Shown here: in pieces, positions 1 to 14,066 of the stretch
Position numbering within the stretch: the stretch's first letter is position 1
Layout: every line of letters begins with the position of its first letter
Notes under the pieces: generated by a model
What the model was told of the DNA's origin: nothing
The model's database searches: none
What the model saw: the letters and a program-made list of their open reading frames with translations, nothing else
Program-made: the position numbers and the translations under genes
Assembly (NCBI RefSeq): GCF_000007985.2
Contig: NC_002939.5
Location: 1-32,000, forward strand
Direction of reading: 5' to 3'
DNA from: Geobacter sulfurreducens PCA
Lineage (GTDB): Bacteria > Desulfobacterota > Desulfuromonadia > Geobacterales > Geobacteraceae
DNA: 32,000 nt

Positions 1-29
1 GCTTCGCGTTTCCCGAGAAGGTCTGGTTT

Positions 30-1367
30 ATGGAAGAAGTTTGGCTCCAGGCACAATCCAATCTCGCTAAGGTTCTCACACATCAGACCTTTAACACCTG
101 GATCGAACCGATCAAGTATCTCGGATCCAAGAAGAATGTGCTGCTGCTGGAAGCCCCGAACCAGTTCGTCAGGGACCGGGTAAGCGAAAGCTATCTTCCC
201 ATGATTCTCGAATCGGTTCAATCGCTTACCGATTCCCAGACCAAGATCGAACTTCTGATCGCAAAGCCCAAAACGGAAAAACCCAAACAGCCTGCGGCCT
301 CTGAGGTCACCGCCGCGGAACCGGAAGCCTGTTCGGGGCCCGATCACTCAACCAACCTGAACCCCAAGTACACCTTCGACACGTTCGTCTGCGGCGGCAG
401 CAACCAGTTCGCTCACGCGGCGGCCCAGTCGGTGGCGAACAGCCCGGCCGGCAAGTACAATCCCCTTTTCATATACGGTGGCGTGGGACTGGGTAAAACC
501 CACCTCCTCAACGCAATCGGCAACCATGTGCTGTCGGTGAACCGCAAGGCACGGATCTGTTTCTACACGTCGGAAAAATTCATGAACGAACTCATCAACT
601 GCCTGCGGTACCAGAAGATGGATCAGTTCAGAAACAAGTTCCGTAAGATGGACATTCTTCTCATCGACGACATCCAGTTCATCGCCGGCAAGGAACGGAC
701 CCAGGAGGAGTTTTTCCACACCTTCAACTCGCTCTACGAATCCCACAAGCAGATCGTAGTGACGTCCGACAAGTTCCCCAAGGATATTCCCGGCCTGGAA
801 GAGCGCCTCCGCTCACGTTTCGAGTGGGGCCTCATCGCCGATATCCAGGCGCCCGACACGGAAACCAAGGTAGCGATCCTGCGCAAGAAGGCGGATGCGG
901 ACCATATCTCGCTCCCCGACGATGTGGCCCTGTTTCTGGCATCCAGCTCAACAACCAACGTGCGGGAACTGGAAGGAATGCTCATCAGACTCGGTGCCGT
1001 TTCGAGCCTGACCGGCAAGAACATCACCCTCGACATGGCACGGGAAGTCCTCAAGGACATCATTGTGGACAAGTCGAAGGAAATAACGGTTGAGATGATC
1101 CAGAAATTCGTGGCCGAACACTTCAGCCTCAAGGTGGCTGATCTCAAATCGGACAAGCGGCTCAAGGCGCTGGTGATACCACGCCAGATTGCCATATTCC
1201 TGTGCCGTGATCTTACCAAATCTTCATATCCGGAGATCGGTGAACGGTTCGGCGGCAAAGATCATTCAACCATCATCCACTCGGTGAAAAAGGTGGAAAA
1301 GCTCCTCAGTCAGGATTTCGAACTCAGAAACACCGTCGACACCCTGAGGAAGGGGCTGTTGAGCTGA
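30..1367 (+). CDS. dnaA: Chromosomal replication initiator protein DnaA (445 aa)
   Basis: Full-length ORF. AAA+ Walker A GGVGLGKTHL and Walker B LLIDDIQF. C-terminal DnaA-box-binding signature RQIAIFLCRDLT..SYPEIGERFGGKDHSTIIHS. GAGAAGG Shine-Dalgarno about 8 nt upstream of ATG 30. Followed by dnaN-recF-gyrB synteny. Confidence 0.97.
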   Translation: MEEVWLQAQSNLAKVLTHQTFNTWIEPIKYLGSKKNVLLLEAPNQFVRDRVSESYLPMILESVQSLTDSQTKIELLIAKPKTEKPKQPAASEVTAAEPEACSGPDHSTNLNPKYTFDTFVCGGSNQFAHAAAQSVANSPAGKYNPLFIYGGVGLGKTHLLNAIGNHVLSVNRKARICFYTSEKFMNELINCLRYQKMDQFRNKFRKMDILLIDDIQFIAGKERTQEEFFHTFNSLYESHKQIVVTSDKFPKDIPGLEERLRSRFEWGLIADIQAPDTETKVAILRKKADADHISLPDDVALFLASSSTTNVRELEGMLIRLGAVSSLTGKNITLDMAREVLKDIIVDKSKEITVEMIQKFVAEHFSLKVADLKSDKRLKALVIPRQIAIFLCRDLTKSSYPEIGERFGGKDHSTIIHSVKKVEKLLSQDFELRNTVDTLRKGLLS

Positions 1368-1380
1368 GAGGCAACAACCC

Positions 1381-1520
1381 TGTGGACAGAGGAACAGTTA
1401 TCTACATGCCGTTGTCCCTGTCCGAGGACGTCCGTGGATAACCAACGCCGTGCCCACAGGACGGCATACTGAAAATAACGAGCTACAAAGGGGCGTTGGG
1501 CGATTATCCCCATATCCACA
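1381..1520. other. Candidate oriC, part 1: cluster of DnaA boxes in the dnaA-dnaN spacer
   Basis: Five 9-mers lie within 1-2 mismatches of TTATCCACA/TGTGGATAA: 1381-1389 TGTGGACAG (2 mm), 1398-1406 TTATCTACA (1 mm), 1433-1441 CGTGGATAA (1 mm), 1504-1512 TTATCCCCA (1 mm), and 1512-1520 ATATCCACA (1 mm, sharing one nt with the previous box). All are non-coding, between the dnaA stop (1365-1367) and the dnaN start (1594). Confidence 0.7.
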
Positions 1521-1575
1521 GCCCCTACTGTTTCTACTGATGTTTTAAGAAAACATAACCATAACTATGATGACC
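1521..1575. other. Candidate oriC, part 2: GC cluster, trinucleotide-repeat (DnaA-trio-like) segment and AT-rich unwinding element
   Basis: GCCCC (1521-1525) directly follows the tandem boxes. Then comes CTA CTG TTT CTA CTG (1525-1539), whose complement read 3'-5' is GAT GAC AAA GAT GAC. A visibly AT-rich stretch follows, containing the perfect palindrome ATGTTTT-AAG-AAAACAT (1540-1556) and ATAAC-C-ATAAC (1555-1565). This runs into the dnaN RBS AAGGAGGA. Confidence 0.55.
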
Positions 1576-1593
1576 TGTTGAAAAGGAGGAGCG

Positions 1594-2712
1594 ATGGAAT
1601 TCACGATTGACAGGGACACCTTCTCGCGGGCTCTCCAGAAGATCCAGGGGATCGTCGAAAAGCGCAACACCATGCCGATCCTCTCCAACGTCCTCATCGA
1701 GGCACTGGAAGATCGGATCGAGCTGACCGCCACCGACCTGGAAGTCGGCATGAAGAGCTCCTACCCCACAACGGTTGCGAGCCAGGGCAAAATCACCGTA
1801 TCGGCCAAGAAGCTCTATGAAATAGTCAAGGAGCTTCCCGACGAGACCATATCATTTCTGACCAAAGCGAACGACTATGTGGAGATCCGCTGCGGCAAGG
1901 CCAAGTTCACTATTGTCGGCCTTTCCTCCGAGGAGTTCCCCTATTTCCCCAAGGTCAATGAAGAGAGCTTCATCAGGATCGAAAGCGGCCTGCTGGCCGA
2001 CATGATCGAGAAAACCTCGTATGCCATCTGCTTCGATGAGACCAAGTACAATCTGAACGGTACCTTCGTGAAGGCGTCCGAGGAAGATGGCCGCTCGATA
2101 CTTCGCATGGTTGCCACCGACGGCCACCGGCTCTCCATCACCCAGAGGGAATTCAACGGTGCAGTAAGCCCCGAGATGGCCAAGGGGGTCATCTTCCCCA
2201 AGAAAGGCATCTTCGAGCTGAAAAAGATGTGCGAGGAGGAGTCGACCCAGCTTTCCCTGGGCTTCCTGGATAACAGCGCCGTGATCGTTAAGGGAAACAC
2301 CGTCGTGGTGATGCGCCTGGTGGACGGAGAGTTTCCCGATTACACCAGGGTGGTGCCGGTGGCCAATGACCGGATCGTCACCGTGGCGCGGGATCCGTTC
2401 TTCCATTCGCTGCGCAGGATGTCCATCCTTTCCAGCGAAAAGTTCAAGGGCATCAAGATGGATATTCAGGAAAGCGGCATGGTGATCTCTTCCAGCAACC
2501 CGGAACTGGGCGAGGCGTCCGAAGAACTGGACGCCGTATTTGCCGGAGATGCCATCTCCATCCGCTTCAATGCCAAGTACCTCATCGATGTGCTGGCAGT
2601 GCTGGATGAGAGCAGCGTGGCACTCCACCTGAAGGACGAGCTTTCTCCGGCCATCGTGAGGCCGGCTGACGGCGACGGTTTCACAGCGGTAATTATGCCC
2701 ATGCGTCTGTAG
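1594..2712 (+). CDS. dnaN: DNA polymerase III beta sliding clamp (372 aa)
   Basis: Full-length ORF with a strong RBS AAGGAGGA. Typical N-terminus MEFTIDRDTFSRALQKIQGIVEKRNTMPILSNVLIEA and C-terminus ...AVIMPMRL. Three-domain length. Position immediately after dnaA. Confidence 0.96.
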   Translation: MEFTIDRDTFSRALQKIQGIVEKRNTMPILSNVLIEALEDRIELTATDLEVGMKSSYPTTVASQGKITVSAKKLYEIVKELPDETISFLTKANDYVEIRCGKAKFTIVGLSSEEFPYFPKVNEESFIRIESGLLADMIEKTSYAICFDETKYNLNGTFVKASEEDGRSILRMVATDGHRLSITQREFNGAVSPEMAKGVIFPKKGIFELKKMCEEESTQLSLGFLDNSAVIVKGNTVVVMRLVDGEFPDYTRVVPVANDRIVTVARDPFFHSLRRMSILSSEKFKGIKMDIQESGMVISSSNPELGEASEELDAVFAGDAISIRFNAKYLIDVLAVLDESSVALHLKDELSPAIVRPADGDGFTAVIMPMRL

Positions 2713-2736
2713 GAGAAGGTATTTCCGAGACGAACA

Positions 2737-2770
2737 GGCAAAGGCCGCTCCCCGGGAGAGGCCTTTTGCC
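2737..2770 (+). terminator. GC-rich stem-loop after dnaN (possible attenuator or terminator)
   Basis: GGCAAAGGCC (2737-2746) pairs with GGCCTTTTGCC (2760-2770) with one bulge, plus inner CTCCC/GGGAG pairing. It is followed by GTTTCTT. recF starts only 23 nt later, so termination is probably partial at most. Confidence 0.35.
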
Positions 2771-2792
2771 GTTTCTTGCAGGCCGGTCATTC

Positions 2793-6288
<3,496 letters not shown>

Positions 6289-6299
6289 ACGATTATGTG

Positions 6300-6341
6300 G
6301 GGGTGTGATTCATCGCGCCCGGGTGCAATGAATCACACCCC
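6300..6341. repeat. Perfect 14-bp inverted repeat (stem-loop) in the gyrB-gyrA spacer
   Basis: GGGGTGTGATTCAT (6300-6313), a 14-nt loop CGCGCCCGGGTGCA, then ATGAATCACACCCC (6328-6341). No mismatches. No T-run follows on either strand. Confidence 0.8.
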
Positions 6342-6415
6342 TACGGGTGCCATGCCGTTATCGGGCGAGGCATCGTCTCGACCCTACATGTATTTGGAAA
6401 TAAAGAGGTTTATGA

Positions 6416-8989
<2,574 letters not shown>

Positions 8990-9059
8990 CCGCGACGGGC
9001 CGCGATCCGTAACCGGATTATTTATTCCGGTCCGCGGTTTCCGGTCCCAGGCCCCCGTT

Positions 9060-10628
9060 ATGGAACGTCACCGTACCATCGACATGAGCCTGCGGGAGCG
9101 TCGCGATATTCTCGACCTTCTGGAGCGCTTAAAGAAAGAGGATCTGTCCCCCGCCGAGATGGACGAGATCGGTTCCTCGCTCCGTAAGGAGGGACGCCGG
9201 GCCCTTTCCCCTCTCTTCCGGTGCCTGCGCCGCGAGACGGACCCGGAGATGATCGCCCGCTACGCGGCACTGCTGGAATTCTTCGAGGACGACGCCTGGC
9301 TCGACCAGCTCGTGGCCATCACCCTTGCCCGCCGCGACCTGGACGATGAGGGGAAATCGGCCCTTCTGTCCATCCTGAATGAGTACGGCGTGGACGTCTC
9401 CTCCCCCCTCTTCGCACCGATCACGGATCGGGCGGGCGGCCTGCGCCTCACTCTCCCGCGGCTTCTGGACAGGGGTGAGCGGGGACTCGTCACGTTCATG
9501 GAGGGGCTTGTCACCTACACGCCCGAGGCCCAACAGGCCGTGGTGCGTGAGCTGCCGCTCGTCGACGACCGGAGGGTTGTGGAGCTCTTCCGGGTCCTGC
9601 TGGGCTTTGATGAGCCCGAGACCCTGCCGACGGTCATTGAGACCCTCGGCCGCGTCCGGTATCCGGAGGCCGCCGATCTGCTGCGGGATTTTCTCGCCGC
9701 CGCGCCGGACGCATACCGGGCCCCGGCTGAGCGGAGTCTGCGTCGGCTTGCTTTTCTGGGGTTCACGCCGGCGGGTGAAACTCCTGCTCCTCTTCCCTTT
9801 GCGGCGGCCTTCACCGGCACCGCTGATGCGTCCGGCTACTCATGCGTGATGGTCGCTCGCTGGACAGGACCCGGCATTATCGATACCCTGTTCATGGAAC
9901 TCCATGAGAGCGAGGGGATGCGCGACGCCTGGGGATGGAGCGGCCTCTCCTCCGAAGGATTCCAGGATCTGCTGCGGGAACACCATGTGGAGGACACCCT
10001 TGTGGCGGTGGATCCCGCCTTTGCGGTGCTGTTGGTGCGGGATGCCATCCAGAGGAGCATCGGGAGCGGGTTTTACCTCCCCCCCGAATTTTACGTCCGC
10101 CGTTCGATCTTTGCTGAGGTGGATCTGACGCCGGTCGCCTATGAGCCCCCCTTCGGGGAGGATGAGGTCGCGAAGGCCTGCACCCCTTCCCGGATCGCGG
10201 TGGGAGACGATCTCATTCGGGATTGGTTTTTCGACGGGTGGTTCATCTTCAACGAGCGGGTCCGGCTTCTTGCCGATGACCTGGACCGGCTGGAGGGGGA
10301 TCCCTTCGGCCGGGGGGATGAAGCCGCCGTTGACCGGTTCCTGGAAAGCTGGTGCCGGCGTTATGTGGCGCCGCGCCGGGAGCGGCTTGTCCGGCGCCTC
10401 TTGCTTGCCGCTGATCTGATGGTGCGCAGCGGCCGGGAGTGCTCGCTGGTGGAGCAGAGCCTGGCAGCAGCCCGGAGCATCCGGGAGGAACTGGTCCCGC
10501 TCCACCGTCAGCCGTTCATCAGGCGCTGGTTGCTGGACCTGATCGAGATGGTCAGGGAGGCCCGGGCCGAGGGATACGAGTTCCCACCTACGCGTCGGGA
10601 CGAGGAGTATGAAGGGGAGTGGGACTAG
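9060..10628 (+). CDS. Conserved hypothetical protein, N-terminal HEAT/PBS-lyase-like repeats (522 aa from ATG 9060)
   Basis: Long ORF with genome-typical codon usage and amino-acid composition. A segment such as TVIETLGRVRYPEAADLLRDFL resembles the HEAT_2/PBS-lyase repeat pattern. The C-terminal ~270 aa has no motif I recognise. The start is set at the first ATG after the gyrA stop. No clear Shine-Dalgarno, so the start is uncertain (alternative ATG 9084). Confidence 0.7.
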   Translation: MERHRTIDMSLRERRDILDLLERLKKEDLSPAEMDEIGSSLRKEGRRALSPLFRCLRRETDPEMIARYAALLEFFEDDAWLDQLVAITLARRDLDDEGKSALLSILNEYGVDVSSPLFAPITDRAGGLRLTLPRLLDRGERGLVTFMEGLVTYTPEAQQAVVRELPLVDDRRVVELFRVLLGFDEPETLPTVIETLGRVRYPEAADLLRDFLAAAPDAYRAPAERSLRRLAFLGFTPAGETPAPLPFAAAFTGTADASGYSCVMVARWTGPGIIDTLFMELHESEGMRDAWGWSGLSSEGFQDLLREHHVEDTLVAVDPAFAVLLVRDAIQRSIGSGFYLPPEFYVRRSIFAEVDLTPVAYEPPFGEDEVAKACTPSRIAVGDDLIRDWFFDGWFIFNERVRLLADDLDRLEGDPFGRGDEAAVDRFLESWCRRYVAPRRERLVRRLLLAADLMVRSGRECSLVEQSLAAARSIREELVPLHRQPFIRRWLLDLIEMVREARAEGYEFPPTRRDEEYEGEWD

Positions 10629-10672
10629 TGGTGCTCGGCACAGGAGCACATCATCGGTTGGGAGTGGCGGAC

Positions 10673-11680
10673 ATGAGTGAACGTATCGGTGTGATCGGAG
10701 CGGGAAGCTGGGGAACGACGCTGGCGAATCTGTTGGCCCGAAAGGGGCTTGACGTGACACTCTGGGCCTATGAGGCCGAGTTGGTGGAAGAGATGCGTGC
10801 AACGCGGGTCAACTCCCTTTTTCTCCCCGGCATCGAACTCGCTCCCGCCCTTTCGTTCACCAACTCCCTGGAGGAGGCGGCCACCGGGAAGGACTTCCTG
10901 GTTCTCGTTTCGCCCTCCCAGGTGATGCGCGGAGTGCTGGCGCAACTGGCGCCGCTGCTGCGTCCCGGCGTGGTGCTGGTGAACGCCTCCAAGGGGATAG
11001 AGCTCGACACCCTCATGACCATGGACCAAGTCTGCGCGGCGGTACTGCCGCCGGAGGTCGCCCGGTGTTTCAGCGTCCTGTCCGGACCGAGCTTTGCCCG
11101 CGAAGTCTCCCTTGAGATGCCGACGGCGGTGGTGGCGGCTTCGGGCGACCCTGCCGTGGCTGCGGCAGTGCAGCGTCTCTTCACCACGCCGTCCTTCCGG
11201 GTCTACACCAATACCGACGTGGTGGGAGTTGAGATCGGCGGTGCCCTCAAGAACGTCATTGCCGTGGCGGCCGGGATCTCGGACGGTCTGGGCCTCGGCC
11301 ACAATACCCGTGCAGCCCTGATCACCCGCGGCCTGGCAGAGATGACCCGACTGGGGCTCTCCATGGGGGCCCAGCCGGAAACTTTTGCGGGCCTTGCCGG
11401 CATGGGTGACCTGGTGCTCACGTGCACCGGAGACCTTTCGCGCAACCGGACCGTTGGCATGAAGCTGGGCCAGGGGATGAAGCTGGCTGATGTCCTGGGA
11501 GAGATGCGCATGGTGGCGGAGGGGGTGAAAACCGCCGAGTCGGCGTACCGTCTTGCCCGCCGGACAGGGGTCGAGATGCCGATAACCGAGAAGGTCTACC
11601 AGGTGCTCCACGAGGACAAGCCGGCCCGCCAGGCAGTAATGGAACTCATGACCCGCGACCTCAAGGCGGAGCGCTGGTAA
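10673..11680 (+). CDS. gpsA: NAD(P)H-dependent glycerol-3-phosphate dehydrogenase (335 aa from ATG 10673)
   Basis: Rossmann N-terminus MSERIGVIGAGSWGTTLANLLA. Conserved GALKNVIAVAAGISDGLGLGHNTRAALITRGLAEM and GDLVLTC..LSRNR motifs. The track ORF start (10619) overlaps the previous gene; ATG 10673 gives the canonical N-terminus. Confidence 0.93.
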   Translation: MSERIGVIGAGSWGTTLANLLARKGLDVTLWAYEAELVEEMRATRVNSLFLPGIELAPALSFTNSLEEAATGKDFLVLVSPSQVMRGVLAQLAPLLRPGVVLVNASKGIELDTLMTMDQVCAAVLPPEVARCFSVLSGPSFAREVSLEMPTAVVAASGDPAVAAAVQRLFTTPSFRVYTNTDVVGVEIGGALKNVIAVAAGISDGLGLGHNTRAALITRGLAEMTRLGLSMGAQPETFAGLAGMGDLVLTCTGDLSRNRTVGMKLGQGMKLADVLGEMRMVAEGVKTAESAYRLARRTGVEMPITEKVYQVLHEDKPARQAVMELMTRDLKAERW

Positions 11681-11777
11681 GAGATCATGGGGCCTCGCCG
11701 TCTCTTCACACTGAGTAGCACCGTTCGTGTATCCGTGCCCGAAAGAGACCGGAGACGGTCTCGCTGAAGGGATTGCA

Positions 11778-14066
11778 ATGAAATCGTTGCTCGCGATCCG
11801 CACAAAAATTTTTCTCGCCATCCTGCTCATTCTTCTCGTTTCCTATTCCTTTCTCGTCGTTATTACCATTAGAACCGTCGATTCTTCCCTCGAGGCGGAA
11901 CTGTCCCGCAAACTGGCCGAACAGGTCCGGTATGCCAAGGACCAGTACACAAACCGGGCCGAGCAGATCCAGTACTCTCTCATGCATCCGGCCTCTGCGC
12001 CGCCCGTCCGCGAACGCATGGTCGCCCGCGACAGCCTCTGGCTGCGGGATGCAGCCCGCCGCTGGATGATGATCCTCCCCTTCGTGGAGTTGATCGTGTT
12101 TGTTGATTCCCGGGGTACGGTCATCACCGGCGGGAACCAGTACCGCATGGACAGAACGTTTGAGTTGACGCCGGTCGTGGAGCGTGCCCTCAGGGAGAGG
12201 CATCCTATCGTCTCGACTGAACTCGTGACGACCGAGTTCCTCTGCAGCGAAGGGCTGGTTAACTACTGTCGCGGGGGAGACGCCGGGAACACGGGCGAGG
12301 TCATGATGCAGACGGTGGTGGTGCCGGTCGTGGACACCAGGGGGGCCATGGTCGGTGCCTTCGTGGCCGGAGACATCCTCGAAACCGACACCAGGCTCCC
12401 GTCGCAGGTTCAGGAAGTTTTCGGCAGACAGGTGTATGTGACCATCACCCGCAAGGAGATCATCCCCCCCGACAGTTTCGGAAAAAACGGACCCCAGGCA
12501 ATTCCTGCGCGGATTCTGGGGGGCCTCAGGCAGGGGCTCCCGTTCAGGGGCGATGCGGAGATCGGCGGCAAGGTCTTCACTGCGGCCTTCGATCCCCTTA
12601 CCAATAGCAGGGGCGATTTTGTCGGAGCCCTGGTCGTGGCGCTTTCCCGCGACGACTACAAGGGGGTTCTGCAGGGGAGCCTGGGCAATATCGTGGCGTC
12701 GGCGATCCTGGGCCTCGTGTTGTCCTTTGTCACCGCCTACTGGGTATCGCTCAGGCTGACGAAACCTGTTCGCGAGCTTGCGGACGGGGTTCGACGCATT
12801 GAGGAAGGGGAACTGCAGCAGCGGGTCGCGGTCACTTCCTCCGACGAGATCGGAGAGTTGGCCGAGGCATTCAACCGGATGGCCGCAGCCATTGACGAGC
12901 GCGACCGAACCATCCGGACCAAGGCCCACGACCTGGAGAACCTCAATCTCAAACTCACGGACATGAACGAATTCCTGGAGCGACGGGTGGAGGAGCGGAC
13001 CGCCGCATTGCAGGTGGAAATGGGACGGCTCGAGGCGATCCTTACCAGCATGGCAGAGGGGATCGCGGTGACCGACCGGGACGGGCGCGTCATCCTGTTC
13101 AATCCGGCGGCCCAGCAGCTTTTCGAGATGGTGCCCCACCGCGTGGTCGGTCAGCCTATTCTGGATATCTGCAACCAGGGGGAGTTCTGCCGGCTCGTGG
13201 AGCACATCACCTCCATGGGGGAAAACCGTGACCAGGCAACGGTCAGGGAAGTCGATCTGGACGCCCGGGGGAAAAAGCTCAAGGTCACCCTGGCGCCCCT
13301 GGTCGATGGTGATGGGCATTTTGCCGGCGTGGTCATGTCCGTCCGCGACGTGACCGCCGAGGAGGAGGTGGACCGGATGAAAACCGAGTTCATTTCCACC
13401 GTCTCCCATGAACTCAAGACCCCCCTCACCTCCATCAAGGGTTCGCTCCAGCTGATCGTGGACAAGAGCAGGGGCTTCACCGATGTGGAAAAAGAACTGC
13501 TCGGCGTATGTCTCCGCAATACCGAGCGGCTCATCCGACTGGTCAACGACATCCTTGATATCGCCAAGATCGAATCGGGCAAAATGGAGTTTGCCCTTTC
13601 GCCCCACTCGCCGGCTGAGCTGGTGGAGTGGTCGGTGCGGGAGCTGGAGGGATTTGCCCGGGAGCACGGCGTAACGGTCGTCAACGAGGTGTCGGCCGAT
13701 CTGCCCGCCATATACGGCGACGGTGACCGGCTGGGGCAGGTTCTGACCAACCTCATTGCGAACGCGGTGAAATTTTCACCACGGGGAGCAGTGGTAACCA
13801 TCTCTGCCGAGCAGAGCGACAACTTTGTCGCCGTGTCGGTCAAGGACCGCGGACGCGAGATCCAGTGGGCCGACCGGGGGAAACTTTTCAAGAGGTTTCA
13901 GCAGATTGACAGCGGCGACCGGCGGCAGCATGGCGGCACCGGGCTGGGGCTTGCCATCTGTAAGGAGATCGTCGAACGGCACCACGGCAGGATTTTCTAC
14001 TCTGAAGGAATCGGCGGAGGCAACGTGTTCACCTTCACCGTTCCCATCCACGAGGGAGAGCCATGA
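11778..14066 (+). CDS. Membrane sensor histidine kinase: TM, Cache-like extracytoplasmic domain, TM, HAMP, PAS, HisKA, HATPase (762 aa)
   Basis: TM1 IFLAILLILLVSYSFLVVITI, then a ~270-aa extracytoplasmic region, then TM2 IVASAILGLVLSFVTAYWV. HAMP (PVRELADGVRRIEEGEL..EIGELAEAFNRMA), coiled coil and PAS. H-box SHELKTPLTSIKG, N-box NLIANAVKF, G-box GGTGLGLAICK. RBS GAAGGGA before ATG 11778. Confidence 0.9.
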   Translation: MKSLLAIRTKIFLAILLILLVSYSFLVVITIRTVDSSLEAELSRKLAEQVRYAKDQYTNRAEQIQYSLMHPASAPPVRERMVARDSLWLRDAARRWMMILPFVELIVFVDSRGTVITGGNQYRMDRTFELTPVVERALRERHPIVSTELVTTEFLCSEGLVNYCRGGDAGNTGEVMMQTVVVPVVDTRGAMVGAFVAGDILETDTRLPSQVQEVFGRQVYVTITRKEIIPPDSFGKNGPQAIPARILGGLRQGLPFRGDAEIGGKVFTAAFDPLTNSRGDFVGALVVALSRDDYKGVLQGSLGNIVASAILGLVLSFVTAYWVSLRLTKPVRELADGVRRIEEGELQQRVAVTSSDEIGELAEAFNRMAAAIDERDRTIRTKAHDLENLNLKLTDMNEFLERRVEERTAALQVEMGRLEAILTSMAEGIAVTDRDGRVILFNPAAQQLFEMVPHRVVGQPILDICNQGEFCRLVEHITSMGENRDQATVREVDLDARGKKLKVTLAPLVDGDGHFAGVVMSVRDVTAEEEVDRMKTEFISTVSHELKTPLTSIKGSLQLIVDKSRGFTDVEKELLGVCLRNTERLIRLVNDILDIAKIESGKMEFALSPHSPAELVEWSVRELEGFAREHGVTVVNEVSADLPAIYGDGDRLGQVLTNLIANAVKFSPRGAVVTISAEQSDNFVAVSVKDRGREIQWADRGKLFKRFQQIDSGDRRQHGGTGLGLAICKEIVERHHGRIFYSEGIGGGNVFTFTVPIHEGEP

